Assembly: GCA_045641845.1 (NCBI GenBank)
Contig: JAZUHS010000240.1
Location: forward strand, 8,136-72,135
DNA from: Bulleidia sp.
GTDB taxonomy: Bacteria > Bacillota_I > Bacilli_A > Erysipelotrichales > Erysipelotrichaceae
Direction: 5' to 3'
Length of the DNA stretch: 64,000 bases
Shown: in pieces, positions 18,753 to 29,359 of the stretch
Layout of the letters: the number at the start of each line of letters is the position of its first letter
Numbering within the stretch: the first letter of the stretch is position 1
The notes under the pieces: generated by a model
The model's database searches: none
What the model was told of the DNA's origin: nothing
The model's input: the letters and a program-made list of their open reading frames with translations, nothing else
Made by a program: the position numbers and the translations under genes

Positions 18753-21596
18753 TTATTGATTCATGTGTTCTTTTGTCCAGGCCAGAGTCTTCTTCAGGTA
18801 CTGTCCTGTCCAGCTGTTTTCCACCTTGGCGACATCTTCTGGTGTACCGATGGCAATCACGGTACCGCCGTTATCGCCGCCCTCAGGTCCAAGGTCAATG
18901 ATCCAGTCTGTGCATTTGATGACATCCAGATTGTGCTCAATGACCAGTACGGTATCACCGTTGGCTACGATTCTCTGCAGGACTCCAATGAGTCGGTTGA
19001 CGTCATCTGTGTGCAGACCGGTTGTGGGTTCGTCAAGGATGTAGACGGTCTTGCCGGTTGCGCGTTTCTGCAGTTCGGAGGCGAGCTTGACACGCTGTGC
19101 TTCACCGCCTGACAGGGTTGTGGAAGACTGTCCGATTTTGATATAGCCAAGACCTACGTCAAAGAGAGTCTGGAGTTTGTTCTTGATGCGAGGATGGTTC
19201 TGGAAAAATGTCAGTGCTTCTTCAACAGACATTTCAAGTACATCATAAATGTTCTTGCCTCTGTATGTGCACTGCAGGGTTTCTTCGTTGTAGCGCTGAC
19301 CGCCGCATACTTCACAGGGAACAGCGACGTCAGGAAGGAAGTTCATGGAGATGATCTTGATGCCATCACCCTGACATGCTTCGCATCTGCCTCCCTTTGT
19401 ATTGAAGGAGAAGCGGCCTTTATCGTACCCGCGCATACGGGCTTCGGGTGTTTTGGAGAAGACATCGCGGATATCATCGAAGACACCTGTATAGGTTGCA
19501 GGGTTGGATCTGGGTGTGCGGCCGATAGGCTGCTGGTCAATCTGTACCAGCTTGTCAATGTGTTCGAGACCTTTGATCGTCTTGAACTTGCCGGGGTGTA
19601 CACGCTGACGGCCAAGGTTCTGCAGGACAGCCTTCATGAAGACATCATTTACCAATGTGGATTTACCGGAGCCGGAGACGCCGGTGACGGCAATGAATTT
19701 ACCTAACGGGAATTTGACGTTGATCTTTTTGAGGTTATGTTCTTCTGCGCCTTTGAGTTCTACGAAGAGACCGTTGCCTTTTCTGCGTTCTGCAGGAAGC
19801 GGGATGATCTTGCGTCCGGAGAGGTACTGACCTGTGATGGATACTTCCGACTTCTGGATATCTTCAGGCGTGCCTTCGGCCATAACTTCACCGCCATGGA
19901 TACCGGCACCGGGGCCGATGTCTACGATCCAGTCACTAGCCATCATGGTTTCTTCGTCATGTTCTACGACAATCAGAGAGTTGCCAAGGTCACGCATGGA
20001 TTTCATGGTGTTGATCAGCTTGGCGTTATCACGCTGATGCAGACCGATGGAAGGTTCGTCCATGACATACAGGACACCGGAGAGGCGGGAGCCGATCTGT
20101 GTAGCAAGACGGATGCGCTGGGATTCGCCGCCGGAAAGAGATCCGGCAAGGCGGTCGAGGGTCAGGTATTCGAGGCCTACGTCCTTGAGGAACTGCAGGC
20201 GGGAGCGGATTTCCTTGAGTACCATGTCTGCGATCCGGGCCTGTTCCTTGTTCAGTTCAAGCTGATCGATCCATTCCAGTGCATGGATTGTGGAAAGTGC
20301 TGTGAACTGGGCAATGTTCTTGTCGCCGACACGAACAGAGAGCACCTGTTCGTTAAGGCGCTTGCCTTCGCATTTAGGACAGGGGGATTCGATCATGAAG
20401 GTGTGATACCAGTCCTTCATCATGGAGCTTGTTGTTTCGACATATCTTCTTTCGATCATGTCCTTGACGCCTTCAATGTAGTCGTGGCGGTCATAGTTAT
20501 TTCCGGAGGAAGATGTGATCTTGTATTTGATGGGTTTATCACTGCCGTGAAGGATGACCTCCATCTGTTTCTTTGTCAGATTCTTCAGGGGAGTGTCCAG
20601 GTCAATCTTATATGTTCTGCAGAGAATGCAGAAAGTCTGCCATTCGATGTTGTCAGAGTCAACGATATTCTTGTAGTAGCGGATACCGCCCTGACGGATG
20701 GATTTTTCATAGTCAGGAATCAGATTGTCGACATCGACTTCTTCGGTAAAGCCAAGGCCATGGCATACGTCACATGCACCTAAGGGGGCGTTGAAGGAGA
20801 AGAGTCTGGGTTCGAGGTTAGGTACAGTAAAGCCGCAGATCGGGCAGGAATAGTTGCTTGAGAACACCTTTTCTTCTGTGCCAAACATAACTGCTGCTTT
20901 TCCTTCAGCCAGCTTGAGTGCTGTTTCAAGGGAGTCATGTACACGGGAACGTGAGTCTTCTGTTTTTACAATACGGTCAACAATGACATCGATGTCGTGA
21001 CGGATATTCTTTTCGAGATTAATATCATCTTCCAGCATGCGGATTTCACCATCGACACGGGCACGGATATAGCCATCCTTAAGCAGTTTAGCGAAGGTAT
21101 CCTTAAAGGTACCTTTCTTGTTGCGGATGATCGGTGCCATGATGGTCAGTCTGGTACGGTCTTCTGCCGCCATGACAGTATCTGTCATTTCCTTGATGGT
21201 CTGTCCGGTAATGGGAGTACCGTGTGTAGGACAGTAAGGAATACCTGTGCGGGCATAGAGCAGACGCAGGAAGTCGTAGATTTCCGTTACTGTACCTACA
21301 GTAGATCTGGGGTTGTTGGATGTTGTTTTCTGGTCAATGGAGATTGCAGGTGAGAGGCCTTCGATGACTTCAACGTTAGGCTTTTCAACACCGCCTAAAA
21401 ACTGTCTTGCGTAGGCAGAGAGAGATTCAACATATCTTCTCTGTCCCTCGGCGTAGATCGTATCAAATGCAAGGGAGGTCTTGCCGCTGCCGGATAAGCC
21501 GGTCATGACAACCAGTTTGTTTCTGGGAATATCAATATCGATGTTCTTCAGATTGTTTTCTTTTGCACCTCTGATGATGATCTTATCGGATTCCAT
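18753..21596 (-). CDS. uvrA: Excinuclease ABC subunit A
   Basis: Two ABC ATPase modules (GLSGSGKT, GVSGSGKST, LSGGE) and Zn fingers. Confidence 0.99.
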   Translation of the reverse strand: MESDKIIIRGAKENNLKNIDIDIPRNKLVVMTGLSGSGKTSLAFDTIYAEGQRRYVESLSAYARQFLGGVEKPNVEVIEGLSPAISIDQKTTSNNPRSTVGTVTEIYDFLRLLYARTGIPYCPTHGTPITGQTIKEMTDTVMAAEDRTRLTIMAPIIRNKKGTFKDTFAKLLKDGYIRARVDGEIRMLEDDINLEKNIRHDIDVIVDRIVKTEDSRSRVHDSLETALKLAEGKAAVMFGTEEKVFSSNYSCPICGFTVPNLEPRLFSFNAPLGACDVCHGLGFTEEVDVDNLIPDYEKSIRQGGIRYYKNIVDSDNIEWQTFCILCRTYKIDLDTPLKNLTKKQMEVILHGSDKPIKYKITSSSGNNYDRHDYIEGVKDMIERRYVETTSSMMKDWYHTFMIESPCPKCEGKRLNEQVLSVRVGDKNIAQFTALSTIHALEWIDQLELNKEQARIADMVLKEIRSRLQFLKDVGLEYLTLDRLAGSLSGGESQRIRLATQIGSRLSGVLYVMDEPSIGLHQRDNAKLINTMKSMRDLGNSLIVVEHDEETMMASDWIVDIGPGAGIHGGEVMAEGTPEDIQKSEVSITGQYLSGRKIIPLPAERRKGNGLFVELKGAEEHNLKKINVKFPLGKFIAVTGVSGSGKSTLVNDVFMKAVLQNLGRQRVHPGKFKTIKGLEHIDKLVQIDQQPIGRTPRSNPATYTGVFDDIRDVFSKTPEARMRGYDKGRFSFNTKGGRCEACQGDGIKIISMNFLPDVAVPCEVCGGQRYNEETLQCTYRGKNIYDVLEMSVEEALTFFQNHPRIKNKLQTLFDVGLGYIKIGQSSTTLSGGEAQRVKLASELQKRATGKTVYILDEPTTGLHTDDVNRLIGVLQRIVANGDTVLVIEHNLDVIKCTDWIIDLGPEGGDNGGTVIAIGTPEDVAKVENSWTGQYLKKTLAWTKEHMNQ

Positions 21597-21599
21597 ATA

Positions 21600-24137
21600 T
21601 TACTCCTGTCCGTGATTCTTTCCTGCGGCTTCAACGAGGTCATTGAGCATCACCCAGGCTTCACGGGGTGAGAGGTCATCAGGGTTTACAGAGAGGAGCT
21701 TCTGCTTGATCTCATCTGCTTCCTTGTCTTCCTTCTTCATCTCAATGAGCTGATAGCTCTGCTGGACAACGCGCTTCTTGGATTCCAGTTCTTTCTGCAG
21801 TCCCTTGGCACGGTCAAGTACGGATTCAGGCAGTCCGGCGAGGCGGGCAACGTTGATACCGTAAGAATGACCGGCGGGTCCTTTCTGGATCTTATACAGG
21901 AAAGTCACTTTATCATTTTCTTCTTTGACGACGACATGTACGTTGCGGATGGAGTCAACACTGTCCGCAAGTGTAGTGAGTTCGTGATAGTGTGTGCTGA
22001 ACATGGTCTTGGCGTGGATACAGGTTGCGATGTACTCGATCATTGCCTGAGCCAGAGCCATACCGTCGTAGGTGGATGTGCCGCGTCCGATTTCGTCAAA
22101 GAGAATCAGGGAATTCTCTGTTGCTTCCTGGAGGGCACGGTTTGCTTCGGTCATTTCCACCATGAATGTGGACTGACCGCTGAGGATATCATCAGATGCA
22201 CCGATGCGGGTAAAGATCTTATCAAAGACAGGCATGATGCATTTGCGTGCGGGTACGAAGCAGCCGATCTGAGCCATAATGACAATCAGAGCGGTCTGAC
22301 GCATGTATGTAGATTTACCACCCATGTTGGGACCGGTGATAAGCAGAATGCTCTGGTCGCGGTCCATGGCTACATTGTTGGCAACATAGTGCGGGTCCTT
22401 CATCATTTCATCGAGAATCGGATGCTTGCCGCCGGTGATTTCCAGCTGATCATCGCTGAAGACAGGACGTACATAGCCGTAGTTGGATGAAGCTTCGGCC
22501 AAGGCACTGTAGCAGTCGATTTCAGCAAGGACACGGGAAAGCTTCTGAAGTTTAGGCAGATAGCCGCGGATAATATCGAGAATCTCTGCGAAGAGCTGTT
22601 TTTCAAGACGAATCGCATTTTCTTCGGCATGCAGAATTGCGTCTTCCTGTTCCTTCAGTTCCGGAGAGATGAAGCGTTCGTTGTTGGTCAGGGTCTGCTT
22701 GCGGATGTATCCCCATTCATCCTTGACCTGCTGGGCTGCGACTTTGGAGATCTCAATATAATATCCGAAGATCTTGTTATAGCCGATCTTCAATGTCTTG
22801 ATACCGGTACGTTCTCTTTCTCTTGTTTCCATGCTGGCAATGATGGACTTGCCGTTGCGCTGAACGGTGCGGGCTGCGTCAAGGTCGGCGTTATAGCCAT
22901 CACGGAACATACCGCCATCGGCAAGAGTTACCGGTGGTTCATCCACAAAGGCATTCTTCATGCGTTCATAAAGCGGACGGCAGGTATCTGTATCCTTATA
23001 AACTGCAAATGGTTCACTGTCGACAGCATCGAAGATAGAAGGCACTTCCGCAAGAGTTCTGACCAGACGCTGGCAGTCAACGGCATTAGCGGAGTTCATA
23101 GCACAGCGGGCGATGAGTCTCTGCAGGTCATAGATGTTGGACATGGCATCACGGAGAGCCTGTCTCTGCATGAAGTGCTTGATCAGCCATTCAGTGCGAT
23201 CATATCTCTTTTCGATTTCTCTTCTGCTGATCAGCGGGCGTTCGATCCATTTACGGAGCTGACGGCTGCCCATAGCAGAACGGCAGGAGTCGAGGAAGGA
23301 CCAGAGGGTAATCTGCTTGCCGTTTTCATGGAGTGTCTGGGTGAGTTCAAGATTCTGCCTTGTGGCATAGTCCATGTACAGGATCTCATTTTCCTGTTCA
23401 ATGACAGCTGTCTGCAGGTGTCCGAGCAGGTGCTTCTGGGTTGCTTCCAGATAGTTGAGCATCATGCCATAGGCCTGACGGTCATAGTCCTTTTCAATAT
23501 TCTCAGCTAAAGGCTGGTAGATTTCCTTGATGGCATCTTCTTCGCAATAAGAGATCACAACCTGCATTTCACGCAGGGTTTTGATCAGTTTCCCACGGAA
23601 GCCTTTCTTAACCACGATTTCACGGGCGTTGTTCTTGAGGACAGCCTGGATCAGAGCAGAATCTTTGTGGGCGACATTCTCAACGAAGTTTTCGCCTGTA
23701 CTCATTTCAGCAAAGGAGATGGCATAACCATATCCGTAATCAATAATGGCAGCGAGGTATACGGAAGATTTTTCATCTGTGATTTCTTCCATGACAGTAC
23801 CGGGTGTGATGACACGGATGACATCACGCTGAACCAGACCAACAGCTTCCTTAGGATCCTGAAGCTGTTCGCAGATTGCAATCTTATAGCCTTTGGATAC
23901 CAGTCGTACGACATAGCTCTGTACTGCATGATGCGGAACACCGCACATGGGAACGCGGTCTTTGACACCTGCGGACTTGCCGGTGAGAATCAGATCCAGT
24001 TCTTTTGATGCTGTCTTGGCATCTTCAAAGAACATTTCATAGAAGTCTCCGACACGATAAAAAACAAGAGCATCCGGATACTGCTCTTTGAGACTCAGAT
24101 AGTGCTGCATCATTGGTGAGTATTTTTCTTCTGCCAT
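21600..24137 (-). CDS. mutS: DNA mismatch repair protein MutS
   Basis: GDFYEMF, TGPNMGGKSTYMRQ, DEIGRGT, STHYHEL. Confidence 0.99.
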   Translation of the reverse strand: MAEEKYSPMMQHYLSLKEQYPDALVFYRVGDFYEMFFEDAKTASKELDLILTGKSAGVKDRVPMCGVPHHAVQSYVVRLVSKGYKIAICEQLQDPKEAVGLVQRDVIRVITPGTVMEEITDEKSSVYLAAIIDYGYGYAISFAEMSTGENFVENVAHKDSALIQAVLKNNAREIVVKKGFRGKLIKTLREMQVVISYCEEDAIKEIYQPLAENIEKDYDRQAYGMMLNYLEATQKHLLGHLQTAVIEQENEILYMDYATRQNLELTQTLHENGKQITLWSFLDSCRSAMGSRQLRKWIERPLISRREIEKRYDRTEWLIKHFMQRQALRDAMSNIYDLQRLIARCAMNSANAVDCQRLVRTLAEVPSIFDAVDSEPFAVYKDTDTCRPLYERMKNAFVDEPPVTLADGGMFRDGYNADLDAARTVQRNGKSIIASMETRERERTGIKTLKIGYNKIFGYYIEISKVAAQQVKDEWGYIRKQTLTNNERFISPELKEQEDAILHAEENAIRLEKQLFAEILDIIRGYLPKLQKLSRVLAEIDCYSALAEASSNYGYVRPVFSDDQLEITGGKHPILDEMMKDPHYVANNVAMDRDQSILLITGPNMGGKSTYMRQTALIVIMAQIGCFVPARKCIMPVFDKIFTRIGASDDILSGQSTFMVEMTEANRALQEATENSLILFDEIGRGTSTYDGMALAQAMIEYIATCIHAKTMFSTHYHELTTLADSVDSIRNVHVVVKEENDKVTFLYKIQKGPAGHSYGINVARLAGLPESVLDRAKGLQKELESKKRVVQQSYQLIEMKKEDKEADEIKQKLLSVNPDDLSPREAWVMLNDLVEAAGKNHGQE

Positions 24138-24260
24138 TGTTAAATCCTCTCAAAGCTCAAATATTATAGCATAAGACAGAGTCTAAAGACGGTACGTGCA
24201 ATTCAGCTTTATGGATGTATAAGAAAAGAAAATCTCCCGTATTTCTACGGAAGATTCTGC

Positions 24261-25817
24261 TTAGTCATTAACAGTTCTGATGGATTCCTTGACGGTCTTA
24301 ATGATACCCAGACGGATCATGGTACTCGACTGTCCATAGCAGATACGGAAACCGTTTCTGGTTTCGTATACGCGGAAGGCACCGAGCTTTCTGATCAGGT
24401 TGACATTGAGCATTGTCGGGTCATACAGACTGATTGTCAGGGAGGAGATATTAGCCTGTACCTGCTTAATGTTCTCGACACCGCCGACAGCTTTGATTGT
24501 GCCTCTGACCATACGATCATTTTCACCTGTGTTGAACAGGTCTCCGCCAAGGTGACGGAAGAAGAAGATCGTTACGGCAAAGTAGATCACAGCAGAGATA
24601 GCACCGGCGATACCGATCTTCATCAGTGTAGGCATCAGATCGGGATGAGATACATAGCTCATCAGTTCAGATAACGTACCGGGTAAAGCGGAGATCAGAG
24701 AGGTACTTGTTGTTCTGTAGCCAAGGTAGATATGCAGTGACTGCAGGACAGCAAAGAGCAGGCCTGTGTAGATCAGATGGAATGCCAGCAGCAGCGGTGC
24801 TGCAAACAGAAGCATCAGTTCCAGGGGAAGCAGTGTACCGCCAAGCCAGGAAGATAATGTAGCGATGACACAGAGCAGACGGAGCTTTCTGCGTTCATTC
24901 TTATCTGTGCTTAATGCAAACATACCCCATACCATACCGGGAATTGCGAAGATATTGAGGATGTAATACGGTGTGATGAAGCGTCCTGCCATACCTTTTA
25001 CAGCATAGGATGCATACTGGGCTGTCCAGACGTTAACATCGCCGGTGATGGATGCGCCGGCAAGATTGATCCAGGAACCGCCGTTATTGCCGAACCAGAA
25101 CGGCTGACGGATCATGGTACCCAAACCGAAGGTACTTAACAGTCGGTCAGTGATACCGTAGAGCATCAGGTTGACCGGGTTGGTTGTGTCTACTGTAATG
25201 AAGCTGACAATCTTCTGCACGGCATAGATAGCAAAGGGCCAGAGGTAAGCCATAGCAATACCTGCAAGCAGAGAGTAGAAGACTGTGCGAATTGTGCATA
25301 CTGCTTCTTTGGAAACGAAGGAGAATGCACTGTATTCAGAATGATTGCGGGATCTGTTGAAGGACATGACCGCAATGAAGGAGATAATTGCAATACCGAA
25401 GACACCTGTCTGCAGGGGATAGTGTGTACCGGATGCCAGCTGCGGGATCTCGGAGTGAGAAATAGAGATACCGAGAATGGAGCTGTAGGATGTGGACGGG
25501 AGTGCTGTGCTTGCAAAATACATCGTTGCACAGAGATATACGACATAGCCGGAGATGGCAGATGTGATGGATGTGGCACTGCCGCCTTTGCGGGCTGCGA
25601 TTCTGATCAGAAACAGCAGCGGGAAGTTTACGATCAGAAACTGGGCTGCGCGGATCGTCAGTTCGGCAATAGCCTGTACATAGTTGTTATCTATCAGATA
25701 TACAATTCCGAATACCGGGTTCGTGATCAGATTGCAGATACCTAACATCAGATAAGCCACAAAGATCACTTCCATGGGATATTTCAGGATTTCATAAAGC
25801 GAATTCCATTTATGCAT
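24261..25817 (-). CDS. Glucose-family PTS EIICB-like protein with degenerate catalytic motifs
   Basis: Multi-TM EIIC-like body (QTGVFGIAII, FWFGNNGG, AIPGM) plus C-terminal EIIB-like AVGGVENI; Cys motif and GITEP motif altered. Confidence 0.8.
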   Translation of the reverse strand: MHKWNSLYEILKYPMEVIFVAYLMLGICNLITNPVFGIVYLIDNNYVQAIAELTIRAAQFLIVNFPLLFLIRIAARKGGSATSITSAISGYVVYLCATMYFASTALPSTSYSSILGISISHSEIPQLASGTHYPLQTGVFGIAIISFIAVMSFNRSRNHSEYSAFSFVSKEAVCTIRTVFYSLLAGIAMAYLWPFAIYAVQKIVSFITVDTTNPVNLMLYGITDRLLSTFGLGTMIRQPFWFGNNGGSWINLAGASITGDVNVWTAQYASYAVKGMAGRFITPYYILNIFAIPGMVWGMFALSTDKNERRKLRLLCVIATLSSWLGGTLLPLELMLLFAAPLLLAFHLIYTGLLFAVLQSLHIYLGYRTTSTSLISALPGTLSELMSYVSHPDLMPTLMKIGIAGAISAVIYFAVTIFFFRHLGGDLFNTGENDRMVRGTIKAVGGVENIKQVQANISSLTISLYDPTMLNVNLIRKLGAFRVYETRNGFRICYGQSSTMIRLGIIKTVKESIRTVND

Positions 25818-25855
25818 AAATTAACCTCAATTACTGTTTATTCTATCACACTCAT

Positions 25856-26635
25856 TCAGAACAGAGACTTCAGTCTGTCAAAGTAAGAGACTTTCTTGCC
25901 TCTGATCACATGTACAGAACAGGATTCACAGACTTTGATTGTGATGTTCTTTGCACTGTCGAGAGAATAGACATCGGCATCATAGCCAAGCAGAGCACCT
26001 GTGTAGCTGGAGGAACGCAGTTCAATGACTGTATCTGCCTTCAGTACAAACGGGGCATCGAGCGAACGGAACTTGGAGTGATGAATACCGGAGATTTCTG
26101 CCAGTTCGATCAGATTCAGACCTTCCTGAATGACAGCACCGCCGACAGATCTGTTGTAGGCTGTACTGCCAAGCTGAGTGCATACGCTCATGCCGGAGCC
26201 GCGGAAGGTTTCAAAGTATTCACCATCGAGATATACATTGATCATCTGTGTTCTAGCAGCATTCTCAATACGGATTTCATTGATGGCATATACTTCGTTG
26301 CCGTTGGAATCCGAAGCTTTGAGCAGGGGATAGGTTCTGACGTTATAGTCACCGCTTTTGTATACTTCAAGGAATTCTTCGATTTCACAGTCTCTGAAGT
26401 CTGTGTAAAAGCCAAGTGTGCCGGTATGCAGACCGTGGAACTGAATATGATCGAGCTGATCAATGAACTGATGTACAGCATAGATGAATGTACCGTCACC
26501 GCCGATAACAATAACGGTATGAGGGTGTTCGTCGTCACGTTCAAAACCCTCAGTTCTGCTGAGTTCTTCGTCGATCTGTTTCTCTATATCCCGGGAAATA
26601 TTGTCGGGTCTTGTAATGAATGTGTATTTTTCCAT
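25856..26635 (-). CDS. nadK: NAD kinase
   Basis: GGDGTF, GTLGFY, AINE, GSTAYNRSVGG. Confidence 0.95.
   Translation of the reverse strand: MEKYTFITRPDNISRDIEKQIDEELSRTEGFERDDEHPHTVIVIGGDGTFIYAVHQFIDQLDHIQFHGLHTGTLGFYTDFRDCEIEEFLEVYKSGDYNVRTYPLLKASDSNGNEVYAINEIRIENAARTQMINVYLDGEYFETFRGSGMSVCTQLGSTAYNRSVGGAVIQEGLNLIELAEISGIHHSKFRSLDAPFVLKADTVIELRSSSYTGALLGYDADVYSLDSAKNITIKVCESCSVHVIRGKKVSYFDRLKSLF
26586..26599. promoter_or_regulatory. Noc-binding-site (NBS)-like palindrome
   Basis: ATATCCCGGGAAAT, 13/14 match to the B. subtilis NBS ATTTCCCGGGAAAT. Confidence 0.5.
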
Positions 26636-26719
26636 TTCTGAGCCTCAGTGAAAGTATACAACATTAATAAAAGCACTGCCGCTTTTCCACAGGGGCAGTG
26701 CTTCATTTTCATGAGATTT

Positions 26720-27331
26720 TTATTCTTCACCAAGGAATTTCTTCACGACATCAATGGCTTTTACCATCTTTGCATCAAAGTCTGCTTCATTCATGATGTA
26801 GACAATGTTTTTATGACCCTTCCATCCGGCAGCGATCTGATCATCTACACGCTTGGCTTCATCAGCGTCTTCATAACGTCCGGCGTTGTTTTCGAGTGTA
26901 TATGTATCATCGTTGTTCTTAGCTGCTGTAACCAGATGCATGACCATATCATACGTATCACGGCACTGTTCTTCTGTGACATTGAATGTAGAGAGAAGTT
27001 CTGTGAATTCTTCAGCAGATACATAGCCCTTGTCATCCAGAATACCTCTGTCATAAAGAATCAGTACTTTGTCTGCATTGATATTCTGTGCAGCCATTCT
27101 GTACAGTTCTTCCTTCTTCAGCTGCAGGCCGATGCAGTACTTCTGGAATTCGTACATACCCATGGAAGCCGGGGAAATACCGCCGGTGATGAGGTCTGTT
27201 GCGGATTCATGGTCGATCAGAACAGCGTAGCCTCTGGCTTTGAATTCCTTTTCTGCAAGAGCCATGAATGTACTCTTGCCGGAGCAGGGACCGCCTGTGC
27301 AGACAATCTGTTTAATGATTTTATCAGTCAT
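26720..27331 (-). CDS. NadR/Ttd14-type AAA (P-loop nucleotide kinase-like) protein
   Basis: TGGPCSGKST, ESATDLI, YDRGILD, HLVTAA motifs. Confidence 0.8.
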   Translation of the reverse strand: MTDKIIKQIVCTGGPCSGKSTFMALAEKEFKARGYAVLIDHESATDLITGGISPASMGMYEFQKYCIGLQLKKEELYRMAAQNINADKVLILYDRGILDDKGYVSAEEFTELLSTFNVTEEQCRDTYDMVMHLVTAAKNNDDTYTLENNAGRYEDADEAKRVDDQIAAGWKGHKNIVYIMNEADFDAKMVKAIDVVKKFLGEE

Positions 27332-27401
27332 ATTAACAACTCCTTGTTTACGCAGTTATCTTAGCAGAAAAAGGAACCTCCGAAGAAGTTCCTTCTGGTT
27401 C

Positions 27402-29348
27402 TTAGTGAATGGATGTACCGGGAGTCAGGCCGTTGACTTCAGCAACGACGATTTCCTTATCATCCTTACCAGCCAGCAGCATACCATTGGATTCAACACC
27501 TCTGATGACAGCAGGCTTGAGGTTAGTGATGACAACAACATACTTGCCGATCATCTGACCAGGTGTATAGCTCTGTGCCAGACCGGATACGATCTGTCTC
27601 TTTTCTGTACCAAGATCGAGCTTGAGAACGAAGAGCTTGTCAGCCTGAGGATGTCTTTCGCAGCCAATAACCTTAGCTACTCTCAGATCAATCTTTTCGA
27701 AGTCTTCGATTGTGATTTCAGGCTTTTTCTTCTTCATTTCAGCAAGCTTCTTAGCTTCTTCCTTCTGCTTCTTCTGAGCTGCTTCTACAGTAGCCAGAAC
27801 TTCCTTGGCATTCAGTCTTGTGAACAGAATTTCAGGTGCAGATGTTACCTGGATATCTGTTTCCAGGCAGCCGAATGTATCAACTGTTTCGTATGCAACA
27901 GCCTTTGTATTCAGGGAAGACAGAATCTTTTCTGCTGTTTCAGGCAGGAAAGGCTTCAGCAGGATACCGGCGATACGTACGGATTCGAGCAGGTTGTACA
28001 GTACTGTAGCCAGTCTGCCTGTCTGATCGGGATCCTTGGCCAGTGCCCAGGGCTTGTTTTCATCAATGTACTTATTGCATCTGGAGAAGAGGTCGAGGAT
28101 ATCCTGGACAGCATCTGCGACATGCAGTGTTTCCATGTTAGCTTCTACCTTCTTTACAGTATTCAGAGCAACACTCTTCAGATCATCATCGATTTCATCA
28201 TCGATATGAGGGTTAGTTACAACACCATTGAAGTACTTATTGAGCATGGACAGTGTACGGTTAACCAGGTTGCCCAGGTTGTTAGCCAGATCACTGTTGA
28301 TACGTTCGATCATCAGATCGTATGTTACATGACCATCCTGTGCGAAAGGCATTTCGTGGATCATGATGAAACGTACAGCGTCAACGCCGAAGAGCTTTAC
28401 CAGATCATCTGCGTAGATTACGTTACCAAGAGACTTGGACATCTTAGCATCACCTGTCAGCAGCCAAGGATGACCGAAGACCTGCTTAGGCAGAGGTTCA
28501 CCCATTGCCATTAACATGATCGGCCAGTAGATTGTGTGGAAACGTACGATATCCTTACCAATCAGATGCAGATCTGCAGGCCAGAACTTCTTGTACATCG
28601 GATCATGGTTGCCGTCAGCGTCATAGCCAAGGCCTGTGATATAGTTGGACAGCGCATCGATCCATACGTATACAACGTGACCAGGGTCGAAGTCTACCGG
28701 AATACCCCACTTGAAGGATGTACGGGATACGCACAGGTCCTGCAGGCCGGGGAGCAGGAAGTTGTTGAGCATTTCGTTCTTTCTGCTTTCAGGCTGAATG
28801 AATTCAGGATGATCCTGGATGTACTGAATCAGACGGGGAGCGTAGTTGCTCATTCTGAAGAAGTAGGATTCTTCCTGCATGGGCTTAACTTCACCGCCGC
28901 AGATCGGGCACTTGCCTTCTTCTGTCAGCTGAGACTTTGTATAGAAAGCTTCACATTCCTGGCAATAGTTGCCTTCGTATGTGCTCTTGTAGATGTCACC
29001 CTGATCATAGAGCTTCTTGAAGATCTTCTGGATCTGCTTTTCATGATATTCATCTGTTGTACGGATGAACTTGTCATAAGAAACATTCATGCAGTCGAAC
29101 TGTTCCTTAACGATTGCAGAGATACGGTCTACGAATTCCTTCGGTGTTTCACCTGCAGCCTTTGCACGTTCTTCTACCTTCTGACCGTGTTCATCTGTAC
29201 CTGTCTGGAACTGTACGTCATAACCGATCTGTCTCTTCTGACGAGCGATGGCGTCAGCCAGTACGATTTCATATACGTTACCGATATGAGGCTTACCGGA
29301 TGTATAGGTAATCGCCGTAGTAATGTAATAAGGTTCTTTATTTACCAT
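27402..29348 (-). CDS. metG: Methionine--tRNA ligase with C-terminal tRNA-binding domain
   Basis: HIGN and KMSKS motifs, Zn knuckle, C-terminal OB fold. Confidence 0.99.
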   Translation of the reverse strand: MVNKEPYYITTAITYTSGKPHIGNVYEIVLADAIARQKRQIGYDVQFQTGTDEHGQKVEERAKAAGETPKEFVDRISAIVKEQFDCMNVSYDKFIRTTDEYHEKQIQKIFKKLYDQGDIYKSTYEGNYCQECEAFYTKSQLTEEGKCPICGGEVKPMQEESYFFRMSNYAPRLIQYIQDHPEFIQPESRKNEMLNNFLLPGLQDLCVSRTSFKWGIPVDFDPGHVVYVWIDALSNYITGLGYDADGNHDPMYKKFWPADLHLIGKDIVRFHTIYWPIMLMAMGEPLPKQVFGHPWLLTGDAKMSKSLGNVIYADDLVKLFGVDAVRFIMIHEMPFAQDGHVTYDLMIERINSDLANNLGNLVNRTLSMLNKYFNGVVTNPHIDDEIDDDLKSVALNTVKKVEANMETLHVADAVQDILDLFSRCNKYIDENKPWALAKDPDQTGRLATVLYNLLESVRIAGILLKPFLPETAEKILSSLNTKAVAYETVDTFGCLETDIQVTSAPEILFTRLNAKEVLATVEAAQKKQKEEAKKLAEMKKKKPEITIEDFEKIDLRVAKVIGCERHPQADKLFVLKLDLGTEKRQIVSGLAQSYTPGQMIGKYVVVITNLKPAVIRGVESNGMLLAGKDDKEIVVAEVNGLTPGTSIH

Positions 29349-29359
29349 AATTTCCTCCT

